Below, one piece after another: positions 13,612 through 27,159 of a DNA stretch of 64,000 nucleotides. The position numbers and the translations under genes were made by a program. How positions within the stretch are numbered: position 1 is the first letter of the stretch; each line of letters begins with the position of its first letter. A model generated the notes under the pieces. It ran no database searches. It had not been told where the DNA came from and saw only the letters and a program-made list of their open reading frames with translations. This DNA is from Octopus bimaculoides. Its lineage: Eukaryota. The stretch spans positions 11,075,495-11,139,494 of the forward strand of contig NC_069005.1 of NCBI RefSeq assembly GCF_001194135.2, written 5' to 3'.

Positions 13612-14640
13612 GTAAGTTATCTCATCATTTTCTTTTAAAATTTTAATTTATGCACTTCATGTTATTCAAATTAGGTGTAATTGAATTCGGATTTAGTCCC
13701 ATGTCAACCTTATTAGAACTCCAGCCATCCTTTTAGAAATATTTAGTGTTTCATGATTTAATGCGTTTGCATTATAAAGATGATGGAAAGCTGTGAATTT
13801 AAGGTTTTTGCTGCTACTTTTAGTATGTCAAGAGACCATGAAGAGATTCTTTTGTTGATTTGTCAGCTGACTACTCAATCAATTCAGTGCTTGTTAGCAG
13901 TAAGAATAGAAGATTTTACTGAAAAGCAAGCCCCTAAAATGACTCTCAAACCATCCTGTCTGTCAACTCGGCCATGCTATCATGGCAAAATGGTTGGATG
14001 TAGAAAAGTAAAATTTCATTTTAAGTGCTACAACATCCTTTAGCTGAACTCCCTTGTTAATGTGGAATAAGGACCTTATTTTGCTGGTTGGTGCTTTCAA
14101 ATTGCTTCGCCAGTTAGTTGTCATGTGTTAGAAAAAGCAATTCAGTCTAGATTCAGCTTTTTAGATTAACTTTGTGGGGTAGGTGTCGGAAACCAGATTT
14201 GGCTGGTTCGATGAACATAAGACAGAAAACGAGTCAGATATGGCCAAATTAAGTGTTAAAAGATTAATGTAATTAGAATAGTCTTAAAATGTAGAAATCC
14301 AAATAAATACCAGTGGAGGTGCTTATTCCAAAACTCATCTTTTCTTTATACATTGTTAGAATTTTTTTGAATTATATTTTCTGAAGTACTAAGTTTAACA
14401 ATATAAAATGTTTTTTGAAACGCTGCTTTGTCAGATAGTAGTGACCTTCAGTGAGGGCTTCCAACATTAAATAGTTTCACAGTCTTCATATAGGGTGTGG
14501 AAACATAGAATTAAGTTTGATAGTCTAAGAATTTTGATACATAATATAGTGCCTGGTCAAAATAATTTTCTCTGAACTGTTTTTATAATGGGTTTTATAA
14601 TTATCATCCCCCTTTTAATCCGTTTTATCTCTTGTTGTAG

Positions 14641-14844
14641 CCAACCGACGACGAAATATTCGTCGGCATGAAGATGACCCAGCTCCAGAGTGGTTCACAG
14701 ATGGACCAAATAGCAAAACAGATACCATCGAGCTACGTGGTTTTGAAAACACTGGAGAGCAGGCAGAAGAGGACATGGACGAGGTTAACATGCCTGTTGT
14801 AAACAGGAAGGAGTATCTCTCGCACATCAATGAAGAGGACATTG
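14641..14844 (+). CDS. EIF4ENIF1: 4E-T visible exon 5 (204 nt): basic NLS-like stretch plus Cup-homology (DDX6-binding) motif PEWFTDGPNSKTDTIELRGFE
   Basis: Acceptor ttgtag|cc, donor g|gtagga; WF and IEL residues conserved. Confidence 0.96.
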
Positions 14845-15404
14845 GTAGGATTTTAGTTGTATATTCATTGTTTTACTGTCGTTCCAGCTGTAATTTTTAC
14901 CTTTTTTTTTTATCTGACTTCTTCTAGGATTACTTTATCTTGTCTATCCCAGCCTAGTGGTTAGGGTGTGGTTTTGATTTCTGGACAAGGTAGTATATTG
15001 TGGTCTTGAGATAAACACTTTATCATGTTTCCAGTCCACTAAGCTCTGATTACGAGCATTAACTGGGAAGTTAACCCTGGTGTTAACCTGGAAGTTCGTG
15101 GGGTATGCTGTAATCTCAGTTATTTCAACCAGGTTAAGCTCCAACCCTGTGAGTCATATGGTTCTTGACAGACACTACCAGGTCCAGAGATTGGATTATG
15201 GCTGTTACAGCACAAAGACTGCAAGGGGGTTTTAGTCAATTATATTGACCTAATATTTTGTCAGGTACTTTGTCAACTTCAGACGAGGACAAAAGGCTGT
15301 CAACCAAGCATAAGAGAAGATAGTCTATATGTTAGTCAATATTGCCTTTCACATCATCAAGCAACACAAACCAACATTAGAATTTTACATAGTTTTTGTA
15401 GTAT

Positions 15405-15595
15405 ACTCTTTTACACTTTTACTTGTTTCAGTCATTTGACTGTGGCCATGCTGGAGCACCGCCTTTTGTCAAGCAAATCGACCCCAGGGCTTATTCTTTG
15501 GAAGCCTAGTACTTATTCTATTGGTCTCTTTTGCCGCTAAGTTATGGGGATGTAAACACACCACCATCCGTTGTCAAGCAATGCTGGGGGGACAA

Positions 15596-15685
<90 letters not shown>

Positions 15686-15847
15686 GCATACACATGATGG
15701 ACTTCTTTCAGTTTCTGTCTACCAAATCCACTCAAGGCTTGGGTTGGCCTGAGGCTATAGTAGAAGACACTTGCCCAAGTACCACACAGTGGGAATGAAC
15801 CCAGAACCATGTGGTTGCTAAGCAAGCTACTTACCATGCAGCCACTC
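15405..15847 (-). mobile_element. Same SINE family as 3493-3878, with an internal (CA)n expansion at about 15597-15678
   Basis: Reverse complement aligns with 3493-3878 throughout. Confidence 0.85.
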
Positions 15848-16156
15848 AGTACATTGTTTATTAGAGAACTGGGATGTAGCTCAGTGTAATTGTAAATCAT
15901 ATTTGTAATTGATGTACACCAATTTGAGCTAGTGGACCTGTAGCTGTTTTTTTTTTTTTTTTAACGAGGTCTGTGTAACTGGTGCTTTCTTGGCAATTAT
16001 GTTGCCAATTATTCTACCGAGTGCATGCCATTCCACCTTTCACAAATTTGTTGCAATTAGTTAAATCTCTGTAGATCCAAAATTTTTAAAATTTTGAATG
16101 AAATTACATATTGTATTACAGTGTATTGAATGGATTTTTCTCTTTTTCTCTCTCAG

Positions 16157-16323
16157 CTAACATCAGTGTGTCTGAGAGAAATGGCAGCTTGGAAACTAAT
16201 GAATCCAGTTCTCCTGAGGATTCTCCACCCTCAGACAATGTCCATGGCACACCACCTCAAACATCGCCTTTCTTTGATCTTGATGAATTCTTCAAAATCA
16301 ATATACCAATACTTGGGATGATG
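16157..16323 (+). CDS. EIF4ENIF1: 4E-T visible exon 6 (167 nt): ...SPFFDLDEFFKINIPILGMM
   Basis: Acceptor tctcag|ct, donor atg|gtaagt; FDLDEFF resembles human FDFNEFF. Confidence 0.93.
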
Positions 16324-16684
16324 GTAAGTTCAGTTTGGCTGTACTTTTGAACCAGTTTCTAAAATACATGTGAAGTTGTTGTTTGTGCTCAAGTCAACTC
16401 TGATTGAGAAAGGACACTGATCCAGTGTTTCAGCTGTAACTAATGTTTTTTTGAATATCAAAAATAAAAACATTCTTATGTATCCTTTTTAAAGATTGAA
16501 GGGGTGATTTTAGGGAGATTTATATTACTGGTAGGCTGAGTGAGCACAGTCCCTTCAATGCTTCGCGTATGAAGGGTTTTGAGATAAGTTGTGATTAGGG
16601 TACCCTCACTTTAAATTGGTTTGTTCTTATAATCTGGCTGGTTAGATGATTGCTGTCAGACATAGGGAATGACAGTAACCGACT

Positions 16685-17066
16685 TGTTGTTGGCACTCCG
16701 TTGCTTACAACGTCGAGGGTTCCAGTTGATTCGATCAGCAGAACAGCCTGCTCGTGAATTTAACATGCAAGTGACAGCACTCCACAGACACGTGCACCCT
16801 CAACGTAATTCTCGGGGATATTCAGCGTGACACAGTGTGACAAGGCTGGCCCTTTGAAATAAAGGTACAACAGAAACAGGAAGTAAGAGTGAGAGAAAGT
16901 TGTAGTGAAAGAGTACAGCAGGGTTCGCCACCATCCCCTGCCAGAGCCTCGTGGAACTTTTAGGTGTTTTTGCTCAATAAACACTCACAACGCCCGGTCT
17001 GGGAATCGAAACCGCGATCCTATGACCGCGAGTCCGCTGCCCTAACCACTGGGCCATTGCGCCTCC
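16685..17066 (-). mobile_element. Full-length young SINE (GGAGGCGCAATGG-head family) with 13-bp TSD
   Basis: A box TGGCCCAGTGG and B box GTTTCGATTCC on the - strand; flanks acagtaaccgact (16672-16684) and acagtaactgact (17067-17079). Confidence 0.92.
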
Positions 17067-19125
17067 ACAGTAACTGACTAGACTCAGCATATTAAGTATA
17101 TTTTCTATAGTCTGTAGTGTTAATTCAGTATTTTTCTCCATTTCAAATCTGGTTTATAGGTTTATTTGACCTTTAAGTGGGTGTCTTAAACATGAGAATT
17201 TGATCATTGTTGTATTTTTTTAATTAAAAAAAATTTTTACGCATTAGGACTTGAAAAATTTGGGTCTTTAGTCCTTAAAGTAGTAAAATTTTGTTTGAAC
17301 CAATATTTGGCAAGCATATAAATCAGATGTTATACCCTAGAGACTTCCACATCCTGTTACAGGACAAGCACCACTCAACTATATGGATATTATTGGCAGA
17401 TACAACATTAACTCTTTTGCATTCAGATTACTCTACCAAATGTAATGCCTATTTATTCACATTGTTTTAAAATATGATAGTTTATAACTTCAACATTGTG
17501 ATTATTTTTAGACTGACATTGTAGGTCAGTTGTAAGAGGCCTGTTGTGATTAGTTGTAACATTAAACCGGTAGAATATTTTAGCCAGATATGGCTGGTTT
17601 AAATGCTAAAGGATTAAAGAGCTAAAGGGTTAAAGAGGGGCAAAATTGTGAGTTGTATCTTGGCTGTGGTTGCTTGAAGATGTTAACTAAATTGAAGTGT
17701 ACTTGTTTGCTCAATGCTTTATTATTATTATATATTATTGAATGGGAGGAGATGTTTATGCTTATCTGAGGCCATGGGTCTGGCTTCAAGCTAACCTTAG
17801 TTATTAGCCAGTTGGTAAAACTTGATTAGAATGCTGTATTATAATTACAGCCCTGCTAGACAAGTATGTTATATGTGAGGTCCTTGTCTCACTTGTATAT
17901 GCCATTTTTGACATGTTTTTGTCACTAATCACTTTACTGAGTTGGATTCATCATGCCACAAGCAATAAAGATGTTGTCCCATGGAAGGATTAGAGCCCTC
18001 TTTAACCAATATCAGTGTTCATGTGGTTGTAGCTTTTTCTTGTTAGTCACATGTTGGTGTAGATGGGGGTGGGGAAATGGTGATCTAATGTGGCTTGGTA
18101 TAGAGGTCGTTTGTTCATATGGAAAGGGAGGGGTTGCACAAGTGGGAGTGAGACTCTCTCCATCGCTTTAATTTAGAGGGCCATACTGAGCAGCTGTCAA
18201 AGTTGCAAGAACGTGATGTTTGCTGCACCCCCCCCCTCCCTAAATGGCCTGTGATATACCATTGCAGCATGCACTGTTTAACCATTTCGATACTGATTCT
18301 CTTGAGACTTGCTCTTAGTTCTATATCAAATTTTAAAGTGACCTAAATCAGAAAATCAAAAAATAACTTCGTCAAAATTTTATGTTAATTTGTCCCAAAC
18401 ACCTTCACTCGTTAGCATTCAGGTTATTCTGTTAAATATAATAATTATTTATTCACATTGTTTTGAATGAACCATGACTTGGAGCTTTGAGATTTTGATA
18501 GTGTGATTGGTATTATTTTTAAAAAATTTTTTCCAACAATAATGTAGAATACATGCAAGAGGCTGGCTCAAGTAGAGTATTTGAGCTGGATATCATCTCC
18601 TCGTGTCCATTTTCTGTGCTGACATGGGTTGGATGGTTTGACACTGGGTGTTTGATACGGGGGTGTATTTTATGTGGCACTAACACTAGTGAGATTGCTA
18701 GGTAGCTGCAGGATAAGATCCCTCAACTGAGTGGGGTATGGACTGGAGGAATAAGAAACTACGGTTGAGGGAGAGGAGCAAGTGTCTTGCTGAAGAGGTG
18801 AATACATGGCTTGCCCACCTGGAAAGAGAAAAAGATATGAGGTTCAGGTATAATGTTAGTATGAGAGAGAATAGGATAGAAGAGCAGAAAAAGTGGACTG
18901 TGAAAATAGTGTGACATGATTAGAGATAGAGAATGAATTGGATGCAGAGGATAGCGGTTGAGTATTGGGGGAGTGAAGAAATGGGATAAAGTGTGTGTTG
19001 TGTATACATGTTGAATTTTATTTTTGTTTTTGGTGAAATTGAAGTGTGGTAGAAGCGAGTTGGTTACGTTTATATTTGATGCCTTAGTTTCTTCATGGTA
19101 ATTCTATTTCCATTTTTGTTTGTAG

Positions 19126-19252
19126 GATGGTGGTTTGGAAGAAACTGATGTGACACAAGGTAGCAGGTTTAGCCGCTGGTTCAGTCAAACTGCCAACCAT
19201 GACAACAACAGCAGGCGTTCCTCCATTGTTGAGGAGACAGGCTGTATACGAG
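19126..19252 (+). CDS. EIF4ENIF1: 4E-T visible exon 7 (127 nt): DGGLEETDVTQGSRFSRWFSQ...
   Basis: Acceptor ttgtag|gat, donor g|gtaggt; SRFSRWFS identical to the human motif. Confidence 0.95.
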
Positions 19253-20649
19253 GTAGGTCCACAATAATCTCCCTGGTTTGGGACAGGGGTGGGTAGCTGT
19301 TGGTATAACAGTACTTATATAGATACTCTGCTTAGCTCTGTAAGCGAGCAGATGCTCAGGAGCCATCTAAAGATCACAGTAATCCAAACATCTGAATACA
19401 GATTTATTAAAAAAAAAAAAGAATTCAGCCTATGTTTGTTCGAGCTAGGTTTTAATGGTGATAGTCTTATTTTCATTGCGGGATATATTATTCTTAGATA
19501 TAAATTAAAACAAAAAAAAAACAAAAAAAATCTAAACATTTACAAAAATGAAGTTTGACAGATCCATGTCCACAAATCATCCGATAGCTGTGCTTTTGAA
19601 GACATGGAATAAAAAGAATTCTTCTGGGGAAAAAAAAAAAGGTATGAATGAGCAGGAGGATAAACAGATCTAAAATATGCTGCTGGACATCTGTCACTGA
19701 GGAACCCATAGCAGGGTGAAATCACGTGATCTGGCAGTCCTGGTGGCTGTAGCAGATGATTCTTGAATGTCACTGATATAATCTAAGCTTTTATGCACCA
19801 CGTGTCATGGGAGATCCTCTTGAGATAAATAAAGCAGTATTTTGCGTTTTAACACAACCTCCATTAAGTACAGGTGCAAAATCAAGGTTTTGGAAACTTT
19901 GGTTCCAAAGTTTTTTTGGATTACTGATTTTCTGAACCAGGGATGGTCATGCTCTCAATTAAATATTAAATTAACTTGATTAAATGCAATTCATGTACCT
20001 GTACATTAGTATAAATGATACAAGTTTATCATTACTATTCTGTGCAAATTACTTGTAAATTAGTCTGGTAGCCATGGGAATTGCAAGTTCTTCATTAATT
20101 AATGTGGATTATAAGAGGTTCTGCACCATCAGTGTCTGGAAAGTCGGTGTTATGTCTTCATAAACACTTCAGAACAGATAGTTTTGTAAAAAGAATCAAC
20201 GGTAGTTTCAAATGGGTTGGTTCCACAAAGAAGTAGGGCAGGGAAAAGACTAACCTTGTGTGTTTGTGTTGTAACTGGTAGGCTTAGGTTCTTGACTGGT
20301 TACTGTGTATATTTACCTGACACAGCACTTGGGTTTGGAATTGTTCTGATGATTGAATGCTTATTTTGCAGTACACTTGATTTGAAAAACTTGTTTAAAA
20401 AAAAATTGGTTCACGAAATTGCTAGAATTCTTAGCTCATTGCAGTGAGAACAGACTTCATCAAATCGTATAAACTTCTTTGTGTTTGTGTAAATATCATT
20501 TTGATTTGGCTAACCTTGTGTATCTATACAAAAGTAAAGTTCAAAACAAACTCCTTTTGGTCAATTTCAGTGTGTGGAGTCAGCTGTGTGTTGAGCTTTG
20601 ACATGCCATTGACAATTGAATTTTGAACCAATCAACTGCTCCAAAAATA

Positions 20650-20684
<35 letters not shown>

Positions 20685-21527
20685 CTTACACATACATCAT
20701 ACATTTTTAATGCCAAGTTTCATCTCACATGTCCTGATATCAGTTGAAAAGCAGTTCTAGTGTTATTTTTATCTTTAACCCTCTTTTTATTGTGAAAATC
20801 AGAAATATCCACTTGAGATTTTGTTACCCTTAACTGCAGGAAGCTGTTTTAATATGCCAATCTAGCAATCTCTCTTTTGTTGAGGAATGATGTTTGAAAC
20901 TATATTTTGCTGTGATAAATCAACTTTATCAAGGCAACATGACTTGCAGAAAATACTCATTCTATGCTATGATAGATATCTGATATTACCGGAATAATCT
21001 TGAAATTTAAATGATTGATTAGTTAGTTGGTTAGATTGATAACGAATTGACTAACAATTAAGCAGTGGTAAAAGAGACACTCGAGGTAGACCTTGAAATT
21101 AAATTTTACAGTTAAGGGGTTAACCTTGGTTTTCCATAATAAACACTGAAATGGAAAGATTGGTCATTCATACTCGGAGAAACTGAACATTTAGATGCAG
21201 GTTTGGCTGTGGTTAAGCCATTTGCTTTGCAACCATGTCGTTCTGGGTTAATTTTCATGGCACAGCACCCCGAGAAAGTGTTTGCTTCTATAGTAGCGGG
21301 CCATTCAATGCCTTGTGTATTTGGTAAACGAAAACTGCATGGAAGCCAGTTGTGTGTGCATACCCCAATCCATGACAGCATGGAAGACTGGTGATAACAC
21401 ATGTGTAATATACATATGTGTGTTTCTCTGTACTTGATAACCAGTGTTGGTTTGTTTACATTCTCGTAACTGAGCTGATTGGCAAAAAGAGACCTGTTGA
21501 ATATGTACCAGACATTAAGTACTGGAA

Positions 21528-21913
21528 GTGGAGGCGCAATGGCCCAGTGGTTAGGGCAGCGGACTCGTGGTCATAGGATCATGGTTTCGATTCCCAGACC
21601 GGGCGTTGTGAGTGTTTATTGAGCGAAAAACACTTAAAAGCTCCACGAGGCTCCGGCAGGGGATGGTGGCGAACCCTGCTGTACTCTTGCACCACAACTT
21701 TCTCTCACTCTTACTTCCTGTTTCTGTTGTACCTGTAATTCAAAGGGGTCAGCCTTGTCACGCTCTGTGTCACGCTGAATATCCCTGAGAACTACGTTAA
21801 GGGTACACGTGTTTGTGGAGTGCTCAGCCACTTGCACGTTAATTTCACGAGCAGGCTGTTCCGTTGATCGCATCAACTGGAACCCTTGACGTCGTAAGCG
21901 ACGGAGTGCCAAC
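21528..21913 (+). mobile_element. Full-length young SINE (same family) with 11-bp TSD, nested in an older SINE
   Basis: TSD aagtactggaa at 21517-21527 and 21914-21924; flanks are remnants of the 3493-type SINE. A further partial copy lies at about 61305-61597. Confidence 0.92.
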
Positions 21914-24177
21914 AAGTACTGGAATCATTTTGCTTGGCCGAAACCAGTGATCTTTATAAAAAGTGAAAAAATATCCAAAGATAACCTATTTAATGTTTAA
22001 TAGTTTTTATGAAGTCTGTTCTATTATCTGTTATGTATTAATGTTGATGTTAATCATGTTTAATTACTGATTTTGAGTTTATACTAATTGTGTTAATTTT
22101 CATGCTCACATTTACATTTCTAACTGTATTTTTTAAAAATATTTTCAATATTTGATGTTTGGTTTACATATTTTTTTTTAATGCAGAACACTGAATTTTT
22201 ATTTTTGAAAACATTTTTACATTCTAGTATTCAATTTATTTAAAAACCATTTTCTATGTGTTGCTTTTGTCTCAAAGTTGTCTGTAAAATGTGCTTAATG
22301 GTAGCTAGTTTTTACATTTTTTTTTTCTTTGTGCAATTCATTCCACTTATCTGGCAAGGATACTTTCGACCACTTTCGAATAATGATATAACTAGAAGCT
22401 TAAGATTTCTAAAATATTTTTTGGGGAAAATGAAAAAAAATAACTAATAGATTTTAAGTTTTTAATGTAGAAACGCATACTTATTTCAAAGCATACAATA
22501 TCTTATTTTTACATTTTGTTTTAAAGTTAATATTCCTGTTTCCTTTTCAATTTCTTTTTTTTTTTCGTGTTTCTAAAATCACATTCTGCCCTAGAATTAT
22601 TCAGGAATAGAAGTATCAGATTTTTTTTTTTCTTTAAAGTACAACTTCAATGTCTATCTTCTGTCCCCTTTATTAAACTTTAGCTCAATTATTATTAAAC
22701 AAGGAAGTTGCTGGCAGAATCATCATCACGTCTGCCAAAATGCCTATTGGCATTTCTTCCAGTTCTTTATGTTGGGAGCTTAACTCCTGCCAAGGTCCAT
22801 TTTGCTTTTTGGTTCATTTTGGGCCCCATAAAGTACCAGTCAAATACTGGGGTTGATGTAAACAACTTGCTCCCTCCCTTAAAATTATTGGTTTTGTGTC
22901 AATTTGAAGCAATTTTTATTAAACTCTATTACTAAAACTTAGATCAATTATTAACCTTTCTATAATCATGGTATCTCAGTGCTGTGATTATAGAAATGTT
23001 AATAATTGATCACGGTATTGACCAAACTATTGGACATTGGACATCGCTGGTTACAATGCGCTTTGCATTGTTTTAGCTTTTAAACGCGACCACCCCACTG
23101 GCTCGGCTTTGACAGGAGCTGGCAAGGTCATGGCTGCACCAAATTCCATTGTCTGCTTTTTATGTGGAACCAGCACCAGTGCCTATTTACATGTCACCTT
23201 AGTTTTAGGACACAAATTCTGTTGAGGTGGGCTGGTCTTTTTGAGTACAGCAATGCACTACATATCTTGGTCCTCTGTCATCTCCTTTGTAAGGCTCAGC
23301 ATTTTGAGATTGGCCTTCAGTACTTCATCCCATATCTTCCTGGGTCTCCCTCTTACACAACTTCCCTCCTCTTTAAGTGATTGGCACTTATGCAACTGTC
23401 TTCATCCATCTGCATCATGTGACCAAACTAGTGCAATCTCCTGTCATACATATTGCATATTGTTCCTGTTGTCCTTAACTTTTCTCTCAATACACTAGTG
23501 CTCTGTTGCACATGTACACTGACAACACATCCAGTGGAGTATACCAGCTTCATTCCTATTTATTCTTCACATATCCTTTGCATTCGGGCCCACATCTCAC
23601 TACCATGTGGCATTGCAGTTTGTACACATGCATTATACAATCTTCCTTTCCTTTGGAGAGAGAGAGAGAGAGAGACCTTTGCCAAGTGAAAACTCTTTGA
23701 ACTTTCTCCATCCTGTTCTTATTCTAGCAATTACACTTTCTGTACCACCTCCTCCACTGCGAATTAGGTCACCTCGACAGCAGAAATTATTTACAGCTTC
23801 CAGAGATCCTCTGGGACATCAGAGGAAATCAGTTTCCATTTATCTGTGGTCTTAATGACTCCTGTAAATCTTCCACACGTAAACACTACCTTCTCTGTTA
23901 ACCTTCCTAGTATTCCACTGCATCTCGTGTGTCCATAGCCTGCACTGGGAACACTGAATGGAATCAATGTCTGGAATTACATTTTAGTTTAGTATCTTTT
24001 TTTTCCCTCCATAAAAGGAGACAGGCATGTGAACTAAACACTAGATTCTGTTCAAATTAAAATCTGGTAGTTGAGTGTTTTATCAAATCTATCTACTTAA
24101 TGATGGTAAGACTTAATTACTTCTTAGCAATTGATTTTTAAAGTTTAAATTTATTCACATGCGCACACACATTTATT

Positions 24178-24210
<33 letters not shown>

Positions 24211-24296
24211 ATGTGCATAAATATACTTGTATGGTTGGTTATTTAAAAAAAAATTTTTTTTTTTTTGTTACATATTTTTTTTCTTAATCTAATCAG

Positions 24297-24992
24297 ATCT
24301 GATTGAAACACACAGTTCTACTACAATTTCCTCCTCCTCAACTTCCCAAACTATTATGGGAGTATCAAGTATGCATCCATCTCAGGACCCTCTCATCCAA
24401 CATCGTAATCATCAACTTCAACAACTGCAGCAGCAGCAGCAACAGCAGCAGCCACAACCACCACCACCACCACCACAACAACATCACCCCCCTCCCTATC
24501 ACCACAAGCCACCCTCACAGCAACAGCCATCACTCCCACCAGTTACACAGTTACAACAAATGCATTCATTGCAACCATCTTCACTACCACCAGCATTACA
24601 ACATCAACTATCGCAACCAATACAGCAGTCAGAAGACACAGGTAATTCCCTGTTTTCCTTGGGTCCCCACCCAGTGAATAGTCGTACATTATCGCCACCT
24701 CTACCATCTCGAGCACCACCATCACCCCAATCGGAGCAGCAGCAGTCGTTAGGGCCGAGCATCCTGTCGGGTATTGCTCCTTCACAGGGTAGTATTGTGT
24801 CCAGCAAAAGGGCCATCTTGGAGTCACTTAATCAGGACACCACCACCACAACCATTACCACCACCAACACCACCGCCAACAACATCAACAACCACCACCA
24901 CCACCACCACCACCACCACAGCAGCAGCAACAACTCTGTATTGGAATCTCTTTTCAACTTAAACTGTCCAGTCCCTGAAAAACCAGATTCAG
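24297..24992 (+). CDS. EIF4ENIF1: 4E-T visible exon 8 (696 nt): Q/P/H/T-rich low-complexity block
   Basis: Acceptor aatcag|at, donor g|gtaagc; open frame of 231 codons in phase with both neighbours. Confidence 0.88.
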
Positions 24993-25280
24993 GTAAGCTT
25001 GACTTTTGTGGTCTACTGAAATGGTCGCATACTTATTTGTAACCTATCATCGACTATCTTTACACCCTTCCCCTGTTCCCCTCCCAGTTTTTGAGTTTGG
25101 AAACTGAGCTGGAAACTTTTTCAATCTTACTCTGTAATTTAGTTACGATTATTATTATTGATGTTACAATGTAATTTCTCTCTAGGAATTGTTATACTGT
25201 TAATTAAAGGTTAACTCTTTTGTGTGCAAGTATGCTATTTTTTTTTTTTTTAATTCATGTCCCTGTCCTACACATTTTAA

Positions 25281-25455
25281 CCCTTTCGTTACCGTATTAT
25301 TTTGAGATGCTCTGTGTTTCTTTCAATTATTTCAAATATAACAAAGAATTTAGTAAAATAACTTAAGCTAGTGTTTTTTAATTCAAAACTTAGGAAAACG
25401 GTACATTTGTACCACAGGACTAGAGCCGGTTTCAGCCGCGTTGGTAATGAAAGGG
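25281..25455. mobile_element. piggyBac-type MITE family 2 (TIR CCCTTTCGTTACC / GGTAATGAAAGGG, TTAA flanks)
   Basis: TTAA at 25277-25280 and 25456-25459; opposite-orientation copy at 29945-30160. Confidence 0.75.
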
Positions 25456-25949
25456 TTAAACAGGTGTTTTTTTTGGGTTTTTTTACATAGTATTAAGAAA
25501 TGCTGTTTTACTTAAAAATTTATCTGGAATCCCCTTACATCTACCTACCATTTAATGTTTTAAGTAAATTGTAGATCTGATTAATGGGTAAATGGTCTTG
25601 AAATTAAAAATTAGGTGGTAGATTTGCCAGATTCATTGAAGAAACAGTGGGTAGCAGTTAGTCTTTGTAAAATTTCTCTAGCATGGTTCAATGTTAAAAA
25701 CGTTTGTACTTGATGTTTGTTGTCAATGTATGACTAATTTTTCAGAAACCTCTGGACTGTTCTGTCACATGGCATGGAGTTACACACACATACACACTCT
25801 AAGTTGATATAGATGTGTGGGGAAGGGGTCACATGAGACTTGAATTGTTTTATGTTAATTTCACCTGTGTGATGCCATGCATGACCAACATTTACACTCG
25901 TGCATGACCAAGATTACCATTTGGCTTGATGGGGATTATTGTTGTATCT

Positions 25950-25997
25950 CTTTCTCATGTTCTCTCTTTTCTCTCTCTTTATTTCTCTCTTTCTCTC

Positions 25998-26045
<48 letters not shown>
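25950..26045. repeat. (CT)n-rich microsatellite
   Basis: Direct inspection. Confidence 0.9.
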
Positions 26046-26838
26046 CACCTTTCCCTGGCCTCCTTCTCCTCCTCTTTCTTCTGTCTCCCATCCATTCCTC
26101 CATGGTGGTCTCCCATCCATTCCTCCATGGTGGTGGCTTGTCTGTCCCTCTTCAGTCTCGCATTAATCACTGATGAAATTTGCTTTACGTTACTGTTCAG
26201 AATACGTGTGAAAGTCAAGTTTTGATTGAATATTTAATATCTCTGGGTGTGAGAGATATTAATGTACAAGGAATTAAAATTTTTGTTAAAATTTGATCTT
26301 TTTCTTTTAGAAAAGCAAACAAAAAAACAAACCTGAGCTGTATGCTAATTAAGACAGGCAACTATCACTGTATTAAAGGCCAATTACTCAAACTAAATTT
26401 TAATTATTAATCAGAAATTTTAGTGTTTATAGTGTCTCAAAAATACAGATTCTTTAGAGAGTACAATCTTTTTTGTTTTGCATGATATTGCAATAGACAC
26501 AGGTGTGTTTCACTCTTAGAAATCTGTACTTTTTTTTTTGAGACACTGAATTTAATTTAATACTAATGTCTTAACATTTTCTGTTAAAAATTAAAAAAAA
26601 AAATTGTAATAAGAATTACCAAATTGAATTAACATTTTTTTGAAATTCTTTCAAAACTTTACTAAAAAATTTCATTGGTCATAGGTAACAATGTGAGTTT
26701 TTTTTCTTAACACAATTCTTTCAGATGGTTTTTGTAAAATATTCTACAACATGCCTCTATTTCTGCTGTTTTAAAAGCGTCTTCTGACCAATTTTTTTTT
26801 TCTTTTTCCCCTTGTCCCTTCTGATTCAATATTTTTAG

Positions 26839-26955
26839 GGAGTCCTACCAATGTCAATGTGCACGATGCTTCTGCTCAACTCAAAGCCTTACTGTTTGGT
26901 AAAGCTGGGCGAGATTCTGTTGCTGCCTCTCCAACGCCTGGTATAAATGCCTATG
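26839..26955 (+). CDS. EIF4ENIF1: 4E-T visible exon 9 (117 nt, or 102 nt if the donor after 26940 is used): GSPTNVNVHDASAQLKALLFGK...
   Basis: Acceptor ttttag|gg; two in-frame phase-1 donors (gtataa at 26941, gtatgt at 26956). Confidence 0.85.
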
Positions 26956-27053
26956 GTATGTAGACTCTTCTTTCGTATTCTGTTGCTTCTACTACTACTT
27001 CCTACAATTAAGACCTTTATTTACTGGCTATTAAACTTGCTGGTTTCTAACGA

Positions 27054-27135
27054 GTACCAGATCATGCATTTTGGGAGGAGAAATATAATCTATATATATA
27101 TTATATTTCTCCTTCCAAAATGCATGACCTGGTAC
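27054..27135. repeat. 36-bp inverted repeat around a (TA)n loop; arms translate to QI/VMHFGRRN (CR1-like RT C-terminal remnant)
   Basis: gtaccagatcatgcattttgggaggagaaatataat against the reverse complement of 27100-27135, 2 mismatches. The CR1 similarity is recalled, not searched. Confidence 0.75.
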
Positions 27136-27159
27136 CTGTTCTGCCAACATGTTGTGGAC

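Noticed and set aside
21528-21600. tRNA genes at SINE heads
   Set aside because: A/B boxes are present, but there is no complete cloverleaf and each continues into a SINE body.
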